A stretch of DNA of 64,000 nt from Mizuhopecten yessoensis (taxonomy: Eukaryota): assembly GCF_002113885.1 (NCBI RefSeq), contig NW_018408821.1, positions 1,077,676 to 1,141,675 of the forward strand. The letters run 5' to 3'. The position numbers and the translations under genes were made by a program. The stretch's first letter is position 1; each line of letters begins with the position of its first letter. This document shows, piece by piece, positions 1 through 12,406 of the stretch. The notes beneath the pieces are model-generated. The model did no database searches, was not told the DNA's origin, and was given only the letters and a program-made list of their open reading frames with translations.

Positions 1-222
1 CACAACTCTAGGGACCTAGTTTCTGAGTCAAAGCTTGGAAACAGTTGAGATCCCCACCCCATAACCATACATAAAATTGCTGGGCATGAAAAATGTAATA
101 TAGCTATGCTACAAGGATTGGCCTTGGGGTCTGGCATATTCCCTTGATCTCATTTGGAGAATAGTTTGCCATGATTGCTTAGGTATCCAGGTGAGCGATA
201 CAGGCCCTCTGGGCCTCTTGTT
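1..222 (-). mobile_element. End of a Helentron-associated (HINE/pearl-like) non-autonomous element
   Basis: Terminus caggtgagcgatacaggccctctgggcctcttgtt (188-222) matches the termini at 6842 (reverse complement) and 23465-23499. Confidence 0.7.
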
Positions 223-1041
223 TCAAAAGCCTATAGGTAATTATAGCAAACGCTCTTGCGTGAGCCTGCAAGGCGGGCGCACAAAGTGAGCTTCATTGGT
301 AACAAGTAAAAGAAATCCCAGTCAAAATCTACCATGAAATCCCATAGACCTAGCAAGTCAATTCACTTGCATTGCATACTTTGGGAAATCACCCATGCAC
401 AAATTCCGTTTATGAATTAATCTATTTCAATACAGAAACATGTGGTCTCCGATAATGTTTCTTTTCTTTTTCAATTTTAACGATTTCTACGACATAACGC
501 CAATTTCCTGGCCCATTTCTAACTTTCGAGACCAAATTTAAAGCCAGCACATATAGATAAAACCTGCATACAACGTCATCAGTCATTGTGACGTCATAAT
601 CAATATTTCCTTGGTATATATTTTATACTGATTTTAAGTGGTGTGGTTTAGTCAGACGGTACATGTTATAAAGAATATATGTCAGGCGTCGTTGTTTTGT
701 GATTCTGCTGTAGGCTACCCAATGTGTATGAATATCGTAACATATGAAATACATGTAGTTTCAAATAGAAAATTCACAATCATGAAGTTTTTAATCAAAT
801 TCAGTATGAGATCAGGTCGTAAAAACAACAACACCATTATCATAAAAAAGTATCGCATAAGAAATTCGGTCTTGGGTCTATGTAAAAGAGACACATTACG
901 CAAGACACATATGTCAGGAGTAGGGGTGAAGGTTGTATTTCTTTCCATTTTCGAATCTAGTCTACAAACTCATGAAAAGCCAAATTGATCTATATCGTAT
1001 ATAAACTGTACGCATCAAATAATAGAAAAAGGAGAGAGGAA

Positions 1042-1169
1042 TGTAGCGGAACTGGACTGAGTCGATCGTCGGCGACTAGATAGCTCAATTGGTAGAGCGT
1101 CCGTCTAGAGTTCGGAGTGTCCCAGGTTCGAACCCCAATCTGGCCTTGCATTTTTCCTCTTCTGTTACA
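1042..1169 (+). mobile_element. Short repeat-like element containing a tRNA-derived cloverleaf (1074-1146); pseudo-tRNA/SINE head
   Basis: GACTAGA-TA-GCTC-AATTGGTA-GAGC-G-TCCGT-CTAGAGT-TCGGA-GTGTC-CCAGG-TTCGAAC-CCCAA-TCTGGCC. A and B boxes are intact, but acceptor, anticodon and T stems carry mismatches. Bounded by imperfect inverted ends TGTAGCGGAA / TTCTGTTACA. Confidence 0.65.
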
Positions 1170-2135
1170 TTGAATCGATATACGTAATTAAATTGGCTAA
1201 CGTCCTCTTTAACATTATATACCGTAATATATCGTAACGCATATAGTCATTATGATACAAATTAAAATATGGTCCATAATACATTGCATAGGGATACAAT
1301 GTACATGTCTATTCCATTGAATTATATAATGTACCAGCGGCTTTCAAAACAAACCTTTGTGTGCGATGCAATATCATCTAAATTATAAATTCTTACTTTA
1401 AAACTATTATCAGGTAGTTACACTATTTTATTCAATAGATTACAACGTATACAGTATACTTTTTTTTAGCGTTCACCTCTAGGTAGTGCCTATTTCATTA
1501 TTTTTTTTATGTATCTGTAAGAGGTTTCAATTGGAGGTACCAATTCTATGGGATTGATTGAAAATTCATAATCGATGACTGGGTCAATGAGATCTTCAAT
1601 CTGTGTTAGTGTGTAGTCCATGATCTACAATCCAGCTTAACAAAAGACACTTCTGAAACTTAAGCAACATTTAAAAAATTACACTTTTTCAGATGACAAT
1701 ACATTATAATAGTATTATATCGCAATAACTTCCTTCTGGATTACAAATATATATCATGGTCATTAAAAGGTTTTGCCCATCATTGCTATAATTAATTAGT
1801 CTCATTACTTTTAATAATCATCATAAACATTGATATTCATCATAAATATTGATACATGTAGTTACCAGTAATTTCTATATGGCATTTAATTTTGCATTTT
1901 TCAGGAGAGATGGTCTTGCTGAATTAATATCCTGTGAAAATGTATATATTCAGACACAAAAAAATACATCCAATATGTTTTTTAGCTTAAATTCCAATTA
2001 TGGGTATCTAATATACCTGAATATGAAGTGATTTATAGTAATACACATGTATATGTAGTATGTATGTACATATGTATCAGTCATTCATTGTATGAAATTA
2101 TTTACTATAACCACCATTTTTATGTTTTCTTACAG

Positions 2136-4078
2136 ACAGCAAAATTAAAGAAAAACAAAAGCACAAAAACTCTAAGATGGCTAAGCAGAGAAAGCAGAAA
2201 ACTGATGCTCGATTGCTCAACATCATCACCCCTCGACAGGAGGACCTGCAGCAGAAACTCCGGGCAAGGATAGAGGAACTTCAAGGTGTGTGATTTATAT
2301 ATACAACTAATAAGCTTTTTGGTTGTGATCAAATTGGTAAGAAAGTTGTGTTGGGAACCTTAAGACGGAAATTATAATCGCAACATCCAAACTGGTAAAT
2401 CTATTTGAAATATGTGTAATTACGATGGTGTACCACTTAGAAATGGGATTTGCAGCATAATTTTGCCGTGTAAAATCGATCGCTGGCTTGGTATATCCAT
2501 TTGACAGTCTTTTATGCTTTTACACTTTTAGCTTTGACCTACTACTAGAATTTGACAGTAAATCTGACAGATATCAAAAGAAAACGTCATGCAACATTTA
2601 AACCAATTAATCAATTATGAAATGTATCAATCGGTTAATTTGAATTGGTTGTACAATTGATTGATTTTCGATTATAATCAATTATCGGAACAACACTATC
2701 AGAAAGTGTTCACAAAATGTGTGTCAACTTAGTTGTTGCTTTTGAAATTCTCACTGATCTACTTTGCTGTGCAGTGCTACAACAAAAGTGAATAATTATA
2801 GTACACTAATCTACAGTACATGTATATGCAGCATTTGATACTGGTCTGATTACAAACCAATGTATAATGCCATCCTGGAACTAGACTTTTTCCATGATGA
2901 AAGATGAGGTATTAAAGACACAAAAATGTAATCCATTAACTAGAATTTATGTGAATAAGTCATGTCTTATAAAGCTGATGTATTTAATAATTTTAAAAGC
3001 ATGTGACCATTAAAAATATATATTCAAATTTTGATAACAAAATCTATTATAAAGAAATGAATCTGTTCATCATTTCATAGCACTGTATAATCATAAGTGA
3101 AGGATAATATAGTACTATTTGATGTCCAGATATTTCAGCCTTGTAGTTATACTACCATTAAAAGTCTGATCGTTTTGAAACAGTTGTATAAAGTAAATTT
3201 TCGAAAACACTTCAAGGGATATTTTTATATTAAAAAAATGTTTAGTATATCTTGGCTTCAGTTGGGTGTTTTTGGATCCTTTTTATGTCACATTTCAGTT
3301 TAGAATTTCAATCTTTTTGAAAATATTCTACATTAAATTTGTGTGAAATTTAAAGTTGTTAATGTAGTCAAACTCTCCACATATTGGTTTCTGGATGTAA
3401 AACAAGCCATTTTAACCAATGTCTTCTTTTTCAGGCAAAAGAGGACTTAGTGTTGATGAGCAGAAAGAAAAAAAGAAATTAAAAAGAAAAGAAAGTCTCC
3501 TCAAACTAAAGCTGAGAAAAAAATTTGAAAAGCAGAATAAAAACAAAGGGAACCTAGCTGTTCAGAAGGAAACAGTAGTGAATGGAGCAGTAGGAAGTCC
3601 AAACTCTAAACCAGTGAAACCCATCTACAATAAGGAGGGTAAACTGGTGTTCAGTAAATTTGACTTCACTGAGGCAGGTGGGAAAGATAGGGGTAAAAGT
3701 AATCTGTCGGGCAAAGACTATAAAAGACTGCTTGAAAAATTAGAAAAACGGAAGGAACATGTAGAAAAAGTGAAAGAAAAAGATGCAGAAAAAGGAAAAC
3801 AAGTAGAGACCAAGATGGCATGGGAAACAGCCATACACAGAGCTCAAGGTCAAAAGGTCAAAGATGATCCTGCTCTTGTTAAGAAAGCCCTGAAAAAGAA
3901 AGAAAAAATAAAGAAGCAAAAATCGAAACAGTGGTCTCAGCGAGACTCACAGACAAAAAAGAGGATGGAAACTAAGATAGAAAAACGTACAAAGAATATT
4001 GAGGAGAGAAAACAGCAAAAGAAGGACAAAAAAAATAAAAGAGCTAAGAAAAAGGGTCGACTTATAGCAGGATTCTGA
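2136..4078 (+). CDS. SURF6: Surfeit locus protein 6 homolog (nucleolar, Rrp14-like); 5'-partial; exons 2136-2285 and 3435-4078
   Basis: Exon 2136-2285 (ttacag| ... g|gtgtg) reads SKIKEKQKHKNSKMAKQRKQKTDARLLNIITPRQEDLQQKLRARIEELQG and joins in phase 1 to 3435-4078 (tttcag|). That exon encodes the SURF6 C-terminal domain: KPIYNKEGKLVFSKFDF, GKDYKRLLEK, AWETAIHRAQGQKVKDDPALVKKALKKKEK..KSKQW, KKKGRLIAGF*. Upstream exons not identified. Confidence 0.95.
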
Positions 4079-4368
4079 TGTCATCTGCTTGTTCAGTGAA
4101 TTCTAACAGAACAGTTTTTTTTTTTAATCATAGGCCTGTTTAAAAAGAACATTTAGACCAATATAGAACAATGAACTCCATTGTGTTACTGGGTTCTAGT
4201 ACAGAGGTGTTGACCTTTCATTGTTAATTTATCTGTCAAATTTTCAGGTGCTACATAGCTACATTTCTCTAGATGTTTTTAAGAAATGAAAACAACGTTT
4301 TTTATGATATAGTTGATGACATTTACCTTAAATTGTAAAGTGTTGGGGGAAAAAAATGTGCTGAGATG

Positions 4369-4374
4369 AATAAA
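4369..4374 (+). promoter_or_regulatory. Probable SURF6 polyadenylation signal
   Basis: AATAAA ~290 nt after the stop codon, followed by a GT/T-rich tract (ggttgtgttctgcttttactgtttgtcttt). Confidence 0.55.
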
Positions 4375-5167
4375 TGTATAAGAATCAGTTTTTACATGTA
4401 CATGTAATCTGGTTGTGTTCTGCTTTTACTGTTTGTCTTTATAATTGAAATATTGGCAGTGAGAACATTCCTTTTTGTATTGACCTGTTAATGATGCAGA
4501 GTATTAAGTTTAAGGGGAAAAGGTTATATGTTTTCTTTGAGAGATGAATGGAAATTGTATTCTGGCCTGTGTGATCCGGAATATATGCCATGGATGCTTG
4601 TCTTCCATCATTTATGAATGTCAGATTTACTTTCCCCAATTCAAGTATCTCTAAATCAAGCCATTCTAAAATCTACAAGCTTTGACAGGGAATTGAAGTG
4701 ACTGGAAAACATATTTTCAACTGGATTATTTTAGAATGTTAATTAATATAGGGATGTTTCGGAGCCCGGGCCTCTGTGATTTGTTTCTGTTCTGCTGGTA
4801 CAGTAAAACTGTACAGCTGTGTTGATGTTGTAATTACAGCATGGTTGATATCAACACTTTCTGCATTGTTGTAACTGGTTACATACGACAAAACGTCTAT
4901 AAATCAAACTTTGAAGATATTTTTTCCCTTTTAATAAAAACAATAATAATCAATTCATAAATGATTTTTTTCTGTTTAGAAGTATGATTAAGGTTTAATG
5001 ATTGATTGATATAGGCCTAGTTTGTTATCTTATCCATTTATATATGTTAATATATATATATATAATAAAATTTGTTAAAACAAAAATGATTAAGGTCCTT
5101 TCGTGATGAAAACATTGAAAATTACATTAAATAAACGTCAAATTTGATTAAATCTCCATGCAAACTA

Positions 5168-5377
5168 CAGTCAGTGTATAAATAAACATGCTATTCTCAT
5201 TACTGCAAATCTAATAAATATAATTTTTAATTAAATTTCTTAGCCACTATTTCATCTTTCAGGAATCCCATTTGGTCTTGTGTTCAATAATGTTTAGCAT
5301 TTGTGAGTTGAAGTCCTGGCATTTCAAATGATTCCTGATCATGGTCCCGCAAAGTTGGAAACATCAAAGTTTGACTG
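5168..5377. mobile_element. Degenerate Tc1/mariner-type MITE
   Basis: TA|CAGTCA ... TGACTG|TA ends; only a short inverted match survives. Confidence 0.35.
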
Positions 5378-6841
5378 TATATTCTACTGATGTTGACTTT
5401 CATGCTTCACTGCCTGAAAATAAATATGTAACATGAGCCTCATGTTTTTGTCATAATTCAGATAGTTTGTTACAGTTGATGATAATTTATGTGCTGCACA
5501 AAATATGAATTATTCAATTCGCTGAAGGTAAATACAACTGAAAGATCAGTATAATTAAATCTATACAGTATTTAGAAGTGATTTTGTCAGTCTTCTGATA
5601 TAGGTACAATGTGTGGTAATACTTTATATATGGAGATACGAAAGAGAAATTCTACACTTGATATTAGAATTTTTATATCCCCTATATGTAGGTGCAATGT
5701 CATGATTCACTCTTCCACCTCTTACCATGGATTACGGATAGAAAAGTCATCAGTCACAGGGACCCAGGAAATAAGTTTGGACGTTGCCCAAAATTTTAAC
5801 CTCAGAAAAAGAGATTTTTGCACTTATCAGTATCTAGAACTAATAAATTAGAATTGTCCTGTCGGTTTTACATGTTCTGCTTTCTGCAACAAAAAAATAT
5901 ATAGAATTTATTTTTATCTGAAGGTGTAATACTTAACTATTTCAAGTACTGCCAAGCATAGAAAGCAAGAATTTATCGGACATTATTTAAGCTCGCCTTG
6001 ACAGATTTTGATGAAAGTTTATGCATAGTAGCTACTTCATTTCCTGAAGTTTATGCACAGAATACCCGGGACATCGTTTTTGTGTGTCAGGGTTCCAAGG
6101 TATAGTGCCCTATATAATTTGTAAAATTACTCTAAAGCACTTTACAACATATGGATAATAGTAATGGTTATAATTGTGAAAACAAAAAACAAAGGCTTAT
6201 AATCAAGACCAACATATTTCATGGTATCGAGATCAAATTGGTATAACTATTTATAGAACATCAAACACTGAAACTTCCTTCACATGGCAGTCAGGGCATT
6301 CATGTCTTACAGACATTTTCTAGTTTTAATTGAAACCGTGCCTAAGATACTATGCTCCTTAAACCAATGTTATAATGACATGACCTTGCTTAACTTTTGG
6401 TACACAAAACAACAATTTCTCATGATGATCCTGCATATAGTTCAATCATACAGTAAGACAGTGGTAGAGATATGCTCCAGGAAACTAGGTTGACTTCAGG
6501 TCAAATGAGGTTGTAATGACCTTTCGGTGAAGGACTATATAAGCATCTTTGTTTTATGCATACCACATATGCATGACATCCATACATGAAATAGTGGCCA
6601 ATTTGTACTCTATTAACTTAAGGGACTCGTATCACACAAGACAAATATTCTTCAGACTGTGTCAATGTGGTGGATTAAAGAAGTGTAGTAATTTGGAATT
6701 TATTTGCGCGATTGTTGATTATTCACTAACTAGTACTATAGGAAATATCTGTAAGTGGAGATTCTGTGAGCTACATGAAAATCTCGTACCTCAATCTTTG
6801 CATTACAGAATATCCTGTAGATTGTTTTCTAGTGTTTTACA

Positions 6842-8083
6842 AACAAGAGGCACAAGAGGGCCTGTATCGCTTACCTGAATATTAAAGCAGTCATAGCAAA
6901 ATATTCTCATAAAATATCATATTGCACTAAAAATATTTCCCTCGCAAACTTTGTTGGCTCCATATGTTGAAACTACCAGCAAAATATTATTATAAGATTC
7001 TATGCTTTTTGATTCTTCCTCAGAAGTTGCTTGACATATTTTTCCCTGTGACCTTGTAAGTAGGTCAATGTCATTTTTATTCTCAAATTGGTTAGCTCAA
7101 TTCCAAAATGCTACCAGCCAAATCTTATGAATCCATTCCTTTTGGTTCTTGAGAACAAATCCTTTAAAATGTTGTAGACCTCTGTGACCTCTAAAGTAGG
7201 TTGAGGTCATTTTCATTCGCAAACTTTGGTGAGCTCTATCCCAGGAAGTCACCAGCCAAATATTATAATTTTATGAATTTTAAGTAGTTTGAACCGTTTG
7301 ACATATATGAACACTGTGACCTTGAAAGTGAGTCAAGGTCATTTTCATTCGCAAACTTTGTTTGGCTCTTTCCCAGGAAATCACCAGCCAAATATTAAGG
7401 TTCTATACCTTCCAGTTCTTCGGAAGAAGTTGTTCCAAGCATTAGACATATCTGCCTCATGTGACCTTAAAAGAAGGTCAAGGTCATTTTCATTCGCAAA
7501 CTTTGTTAGGCTTCTTCTCAGGAAATTACCAGCCAAATATTAAGGTTCTAATACTTTCAGTTTTTCAGAAGAAGTCGTTTGAAGCATTTGACATATTTGA
7601 CTCTTGTGACCTTGAAAGTAGGTCAAACTAATTTTCATTCTCAAACTTTGTTGGGCTCTATCTAGGAAGCCACCAGCCAAATATAAAGATTCTATACCTT
7701 TAAGTTCTTCAGAAGAAGTAGTTTGAAGTTTTTGACATATTTGACCCCTGTAACCTTGAAAGTAGGTCAAGGTCATTTTCATTCTCAAACTTTGTTGGGC
7801 TCCATCAGCCAAATATGAAGATTTTATACCTTTTAGTTCTTCAGAAGATGTCATTTGAAGTTTTTGACATATTTGACCCCTGTGACCTTGAAAGTAGTTC
7901 AAGGTCATTTTCGTTCTCAAACTTTGTCGGGCTTCAACCAACAAAGCTTTCAGTTAAATATCATGACTCTAGGCCTCTCCGTTCATCAGAAGAAGTTGTT
8001 TAAAGGAAAAATTGACGGACGAGGACGGACGGACGCCGCACCATGACATAAGCTCACTTGCCTTTCGGGCAGGTGAGCTAAAA
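6842..8083 (+). mobile_element. Near-complete HINE/pearl-like element with internal tandem array
   Basis: 5' end aacaagaggcacaagagggcctgtatcgcttacctg; seven ~130-145 bp units each with tgaccttgaaagtaggtcaaggtca; (GGAC)n microsatellite ~8013-8034; 3' hairpin agctcacttgcc-tttc-gggcaggtgagct then A run. Explains the repetitive ORFs at 7289-8046. Confidence 0.8.
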
Positions 8084-8806
8084 ATAAAGACCAAGTTTGG
8101 ATATTCCCTGCTGGGAACGTGTGCAAGAGTTATGTGGCCATTACAACAACGGACACAACTAATGCTTTGTAAGCTTAATAAATGTCCCCTAAAGCTGAAT
8201 TTCCAAGTTCCTGGAACCTAATTACAGCAAATACGGTAAGTAATAAAGTTAACAACAAAACAATGTGTGGCACAAAATTATATTTATATCATGATCTTTT
8301 TTAAAACAAAAACAACATAACAATGATGTTTGATATATATTTGGAAAGGTAGATTATCAACAAGCGATAAGTACACAGAAGTCACAAGACCAAGTACAAA
8401 TATTGCTAACATTGAAGGGAACACCAGCTAGACCACAATATCTAATATTAATGTCTGTTTAAATACAATGTTCAAATATTACTGAGTGTCGAGTTTGTTT
8501 CGATCTGTTCCTTATGGTAAAGCTCTTAAATATATTTTAATAAACCAGTGAAGACATTGATAATTCACACACCTAAAATTGATAAGCAAGACATATTTTG
8601 CATTTAAAAGTGATTTATCAAGATACTTGTATACACGTACACGAACATATACATGTATATCACATGTATGCTGACCACCAAATATGATCTATTGATTTTT
8701 GAGCCATTTATCTCGCATCCAAGTGTAAATCAGGCACACCTCATTCCTTTACACCGTATATGAGGGTTTTGCATCATGACTGCTTATAAAGTGACTACAC
8801 CAAACT

Positions 8807-11800
8807 TCAATCATCAGCTGTATCCATGGAATCTTCTGGTACTGAAACAGGTGTAGTTGATGATTTCTCTTTCCTTCCTTTCTGTTTCTTTTCGCTTATT
8901 GGATTCATTTCAACTGAAAAAGTTATGGAAAAAAATGGTGAAATAGTTCATATACCTTTCTATAAAGGGATTTAACTGATGTTAAGTTTTAACATTTAAA
9001 GCTAGATTTATATAATGATGGTGTCCAAGGCCAACTTGACACATTAGCATCTCACCCACATGCATTTTTATCACAATTTAAAATACATGTATGTCTGCAA
9101 GTACACATCTCTGAAATGAAAAGGTAGACTGTAACCAGCAAGAAGCAGAAAGGCTTAAAGATAAAGGTCTCAGCCCAGGTGTTGTTGTTAGGTCAGCAGA
9201 CCATTCCGGACAGAACCTTGTCCTAAAAATACACACACAGGGGTGTTTAATGTTTTTGATGATATCCGAGTATTGAATACATTGAAAAAATAATAATATA
9301 CAGATCTAGATAGCAAAACAAGGATTACAAATAAGATACAGTACCACAAAAATTTCAATTATGTATTTACATTGCGGTTTAATTGTTCTTATTTTCAGGA
9401 AAATAACATTTGATATATTTCAATTCATGGATATTTTGTGACGATACAACTTAATTGTTTCCATACATATTGGATACCAAAAAGACTGGTCTAGGGAGAT
9501 GCTCTTCAATGTATTTCAAAAACTGACAAAAAATCAAAAGGGAGTCAATATTTATTTCATCAAGGAAAACAAAGGTGACAGTTAATAATTACCATCTTGT
9601 GATTCAGTTGTTTTCTTGGCAAGATGCTTCAGTCTTTTTGTCACTCTTCGTTTCCTTTTTCCTGTCACCTTTGAGGCACAGGTAGTGTGTATACTGTTGA
9701 AACAGAATGTAGAAATGTCATTGCTAAAATGTTCAAAGGTCCTGGGATTTGTTTATACCTGACCTCTCTCTCTATATATATCAATCGTCAATGAACAATC
9801 AAAATATCTTTTCTATTTGAGAGTATTAACCATTGTATATATGTATAAGATATAGCAACCTATGTAAACATAGACCTTAAATACGTAAACAGTTTTTTAA
9901 GTTTCTTCCCTTGGCAATGTGTTTATCTTTCATTTTGATACTGAACATTAACAATTCTTGGATAGCAACATTGATAAAGTGAAAGGTCAGTGGTAGATAG
10001 GTCAGAAGTTTAAGCTCAAAATAAATTTACCTTTTTAAGTACTTTTTCAGAATTAATCAACTTTTAAGCCATTAATTTTGCAAAATGCATCATAAGATGT
10101 ATTCATATGGAATAGTAGGAATACATTTGAAGAAAATCACTTTATGGTGCTTTTTACATTAATGTGAGTAAGTGGTTCTATTGTTTCAATTAAACTGAAT
10201 CAGGTTACATTAATGAGGTGATAACTTCAACTGATTACGAGGAAGCATGTTCAACAAAATTTATAGAGAATTTGAGTGTACATGATCAGTGTTGGTCCTA
10301 TAAACTTAAATAAATAGTGAAGTGAACTTTACTCTCATTCATTTCAATATCTTATGATAGGCTTTATCTTCAGTGTAATATTCACTAACACTTCATGGTT
10401 CTATGTTTTATATCAATCATCACAACAGGGATCTTTGGCAATGTGTATATATATATGGGTCTGTAGATCTAGATACAACCTTGTTACTCACAGAATATTT
10501 TTTACTTGTTCTTTAGTTAACATTTCAACATTGTCTATCCTTGCCAGCTTCTTCTGTAGGTTTTTCTTTTTTTCTGCTGTTTTAACCTTCTGTCTCTTCC
10601 GTCTCTTTTTCTCCTAAGATGAGAAAAAATGTTGAAGTAATGTTTCAAGTGATATGACAGAAAGATATCAGTACTCCAATCATTGCAAGATCTCCATCAG
10701 TTCTATATGATCTATGATGATATTTTTTGTTCTTTTCGTTTTCTTATCTGTTGGATCAATAGTCATGTCAACAGTACATTATGTATTTACATGTAGCTGC
10801 AATAACGTACAATGTAGCTTCCGACAACGAGACTTTTTTAGGGCAGAGGAGGCCGGATATTAATATAAGTACAGTTGTGGGATCGCACAACGTTACACAA
10901 TGTGCGATGTGCACATGGTGTGTGAATGATGTGTGCACGAAGTGCGAATGATAAAAAATTGGATGATCATTGCTTGCGCACATTTGTATAAATTGAGGAA
11001 TGCCTTAACAATAAATACGGTTTTGTGCATACATGTGTTTAAACACATAAACTTGATTATTAAGTTTGTTCTATATTTTAGCTACATCTATAAGCTTATC
11101 TTTCTCTCTATACGTTCTTAAATTTAGAAGTGATGTTCTCAGTGATTTTTAAACAACCTAAATCGACACATGTAAAATTACAACACAGTCTCGGCAATAC
11201 AGGTAAACATAGACACTTTATACCTGTACCTGTACCGTAGTTATCCCCCGCCTGGGGCACTTACGTAAGTTGCCAACGGGAAGGTGTGAAAACCAGAGGT
11301 AAAGGGGAACTATACTAATAGACCAAACGAATGCAAATAGAAAATACTAAACATCCAGTTGTGTTTCCATAACGGTCATATGATATCACATATCAGCTCT
11401 ATTTGTCAGGCACAGGCCAGGTAAAACTGGTCACTCATCAAATTGTTATTTACTTGTTCTGTTACCAAGGGGCTAGACCCATTCTTGACAGTCTAACGGT
11501 CACTGTAACACATTGTAAAATTGTACATAATCTTAATTATTGTGATGAGAAATTACAGTAATATAAACAGTGTACATTATTGCATACAAGCCTTCCGTAT
11601 TTATTTCATTCTGTAATATTGATCAACAAATTGTACCAAATCGCATAGCTGTGCGGAGAAAAGCGCACAACGGGGCAAACGATTGTTAAATCGCACAATT
11701 GTGCGCACCATGTGTGAACGATGTATGCACAGTGTGCGCACAGTATTTTTGGTGCGTTGTTCGGTCACACAACTGTACTGGTATGTATTATGTGGTAACT

Positions 11801-12406
11801 TTTAATCAAATTGTCACTCTCCATTGTTTGACAAATTGGTCTGTAAAAGAGTCAGTTTCTGTTGACTTGAATATAGAAATTGTAAAAATATGACATTTCC
11901 CATTTACAAGTCCATTTAAATTTCTTAGATCATGATAAAATTTTCAATGAAATCAACACTAAAAGGCAGATTATTATGATCCCTCGTCGTGCAAGAGATT
12001 ATCCAAAACATGATCAATACATATCAGCTGCCTTATACCCGGGTAATCTGAACCACAAGCATCGGACCTGTCCGATGGATGGCTCGCCATCTCCACATGA
12101 TTTATAGGGTGTGTTTGCATACAATTAGTTGTTCAAGTGTTTACGTTATGGCACGTGTCGTGTTGAAGGCCATATCACTTAAACAACTGTTTCTTCTATC
12201 CCTATGGGCACCTACAGGTGTATACCTACCAATATCTTGTACATGATAAACCCAGTATAATTTTACATGACTACTGATCACAAATATTTGGTTCAACCCT
12301 ACATCGTCACCATCTATAAATATTATTTTTCAAAGAGGACCCGTTCATTATAAGAATTTACAGAATATTTAGTGATTGATTGCCTCACTTTACTCGAGCT
12401 TCCCAT
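8807..12406 (-). CDS. C11orf98: Small basic protein, C11orf98-like (115 aa); exons 12406-12389, 10613-10492, 9693-9593, 8913-8807
   Basis: Four exons with GT-AG boundaries and matching phases (0,2,1) give MGSSSKEKKRRKRQKVKTAEKKKNLQKKLARIDNVEMLTKEQVKNILIHTTCASKVTGKRKRRVTKRLKHLAKKTTESQDVEMNPISEKKQKGRKEKSSTTPVSVPEDSMDTADD*. The gene model is well supported. The family call rests on recalled similarity to C11orf98 (size, K/R-rich N-terminus, (S/T)GKxxR helix, QDVEM, acidic tail) and is less certain. Confidence 0.72.
10872..11775. mobile_element. Non-autonomous Tc1/mariner-type DNA transposon (904 bp) in intron 1 of the C11orf98-like gene
   Basis: TA|CAGTTGTGGGATCGCACAACG ... CGTTGTTCGGTCACACAACTG|TA; subterminal tgtgcg/cgcaca repeats at both ends; no transposase ORF. 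Confidence 0.75.

Noticed and set aside
1074-1146. Functional tRNA gene
   Set aside because: T-stem CCAGG/CCCAA and the acceptor and anticodon stems are mismatched; treated as a tRNA-derived repeat.
2028-2273. ORF-track frame over the SURF6 exon
   Set aside because: Wrong frame; the frame that splices to 3435 and gives LQQKLRARIEELQG is a different one.
7289-8221. Repetitive ORFs up to 134 aa
   Set aside because: Translations of HINE internal tandem units; no protein family signal.
10370-10423. C/D snoRNA on the minus strand (GTGATGA ... CTGA)
   Set aside because: Only 54 nt, no terminal stem, no rRNA complementarity that I could recognise.
11401-11445. Mini C/D box pair TGATGA...CTGA
   Set aside because: About 35 nt apart, and the closing stem overlaps the C box, which is incompatible with a K-turn.
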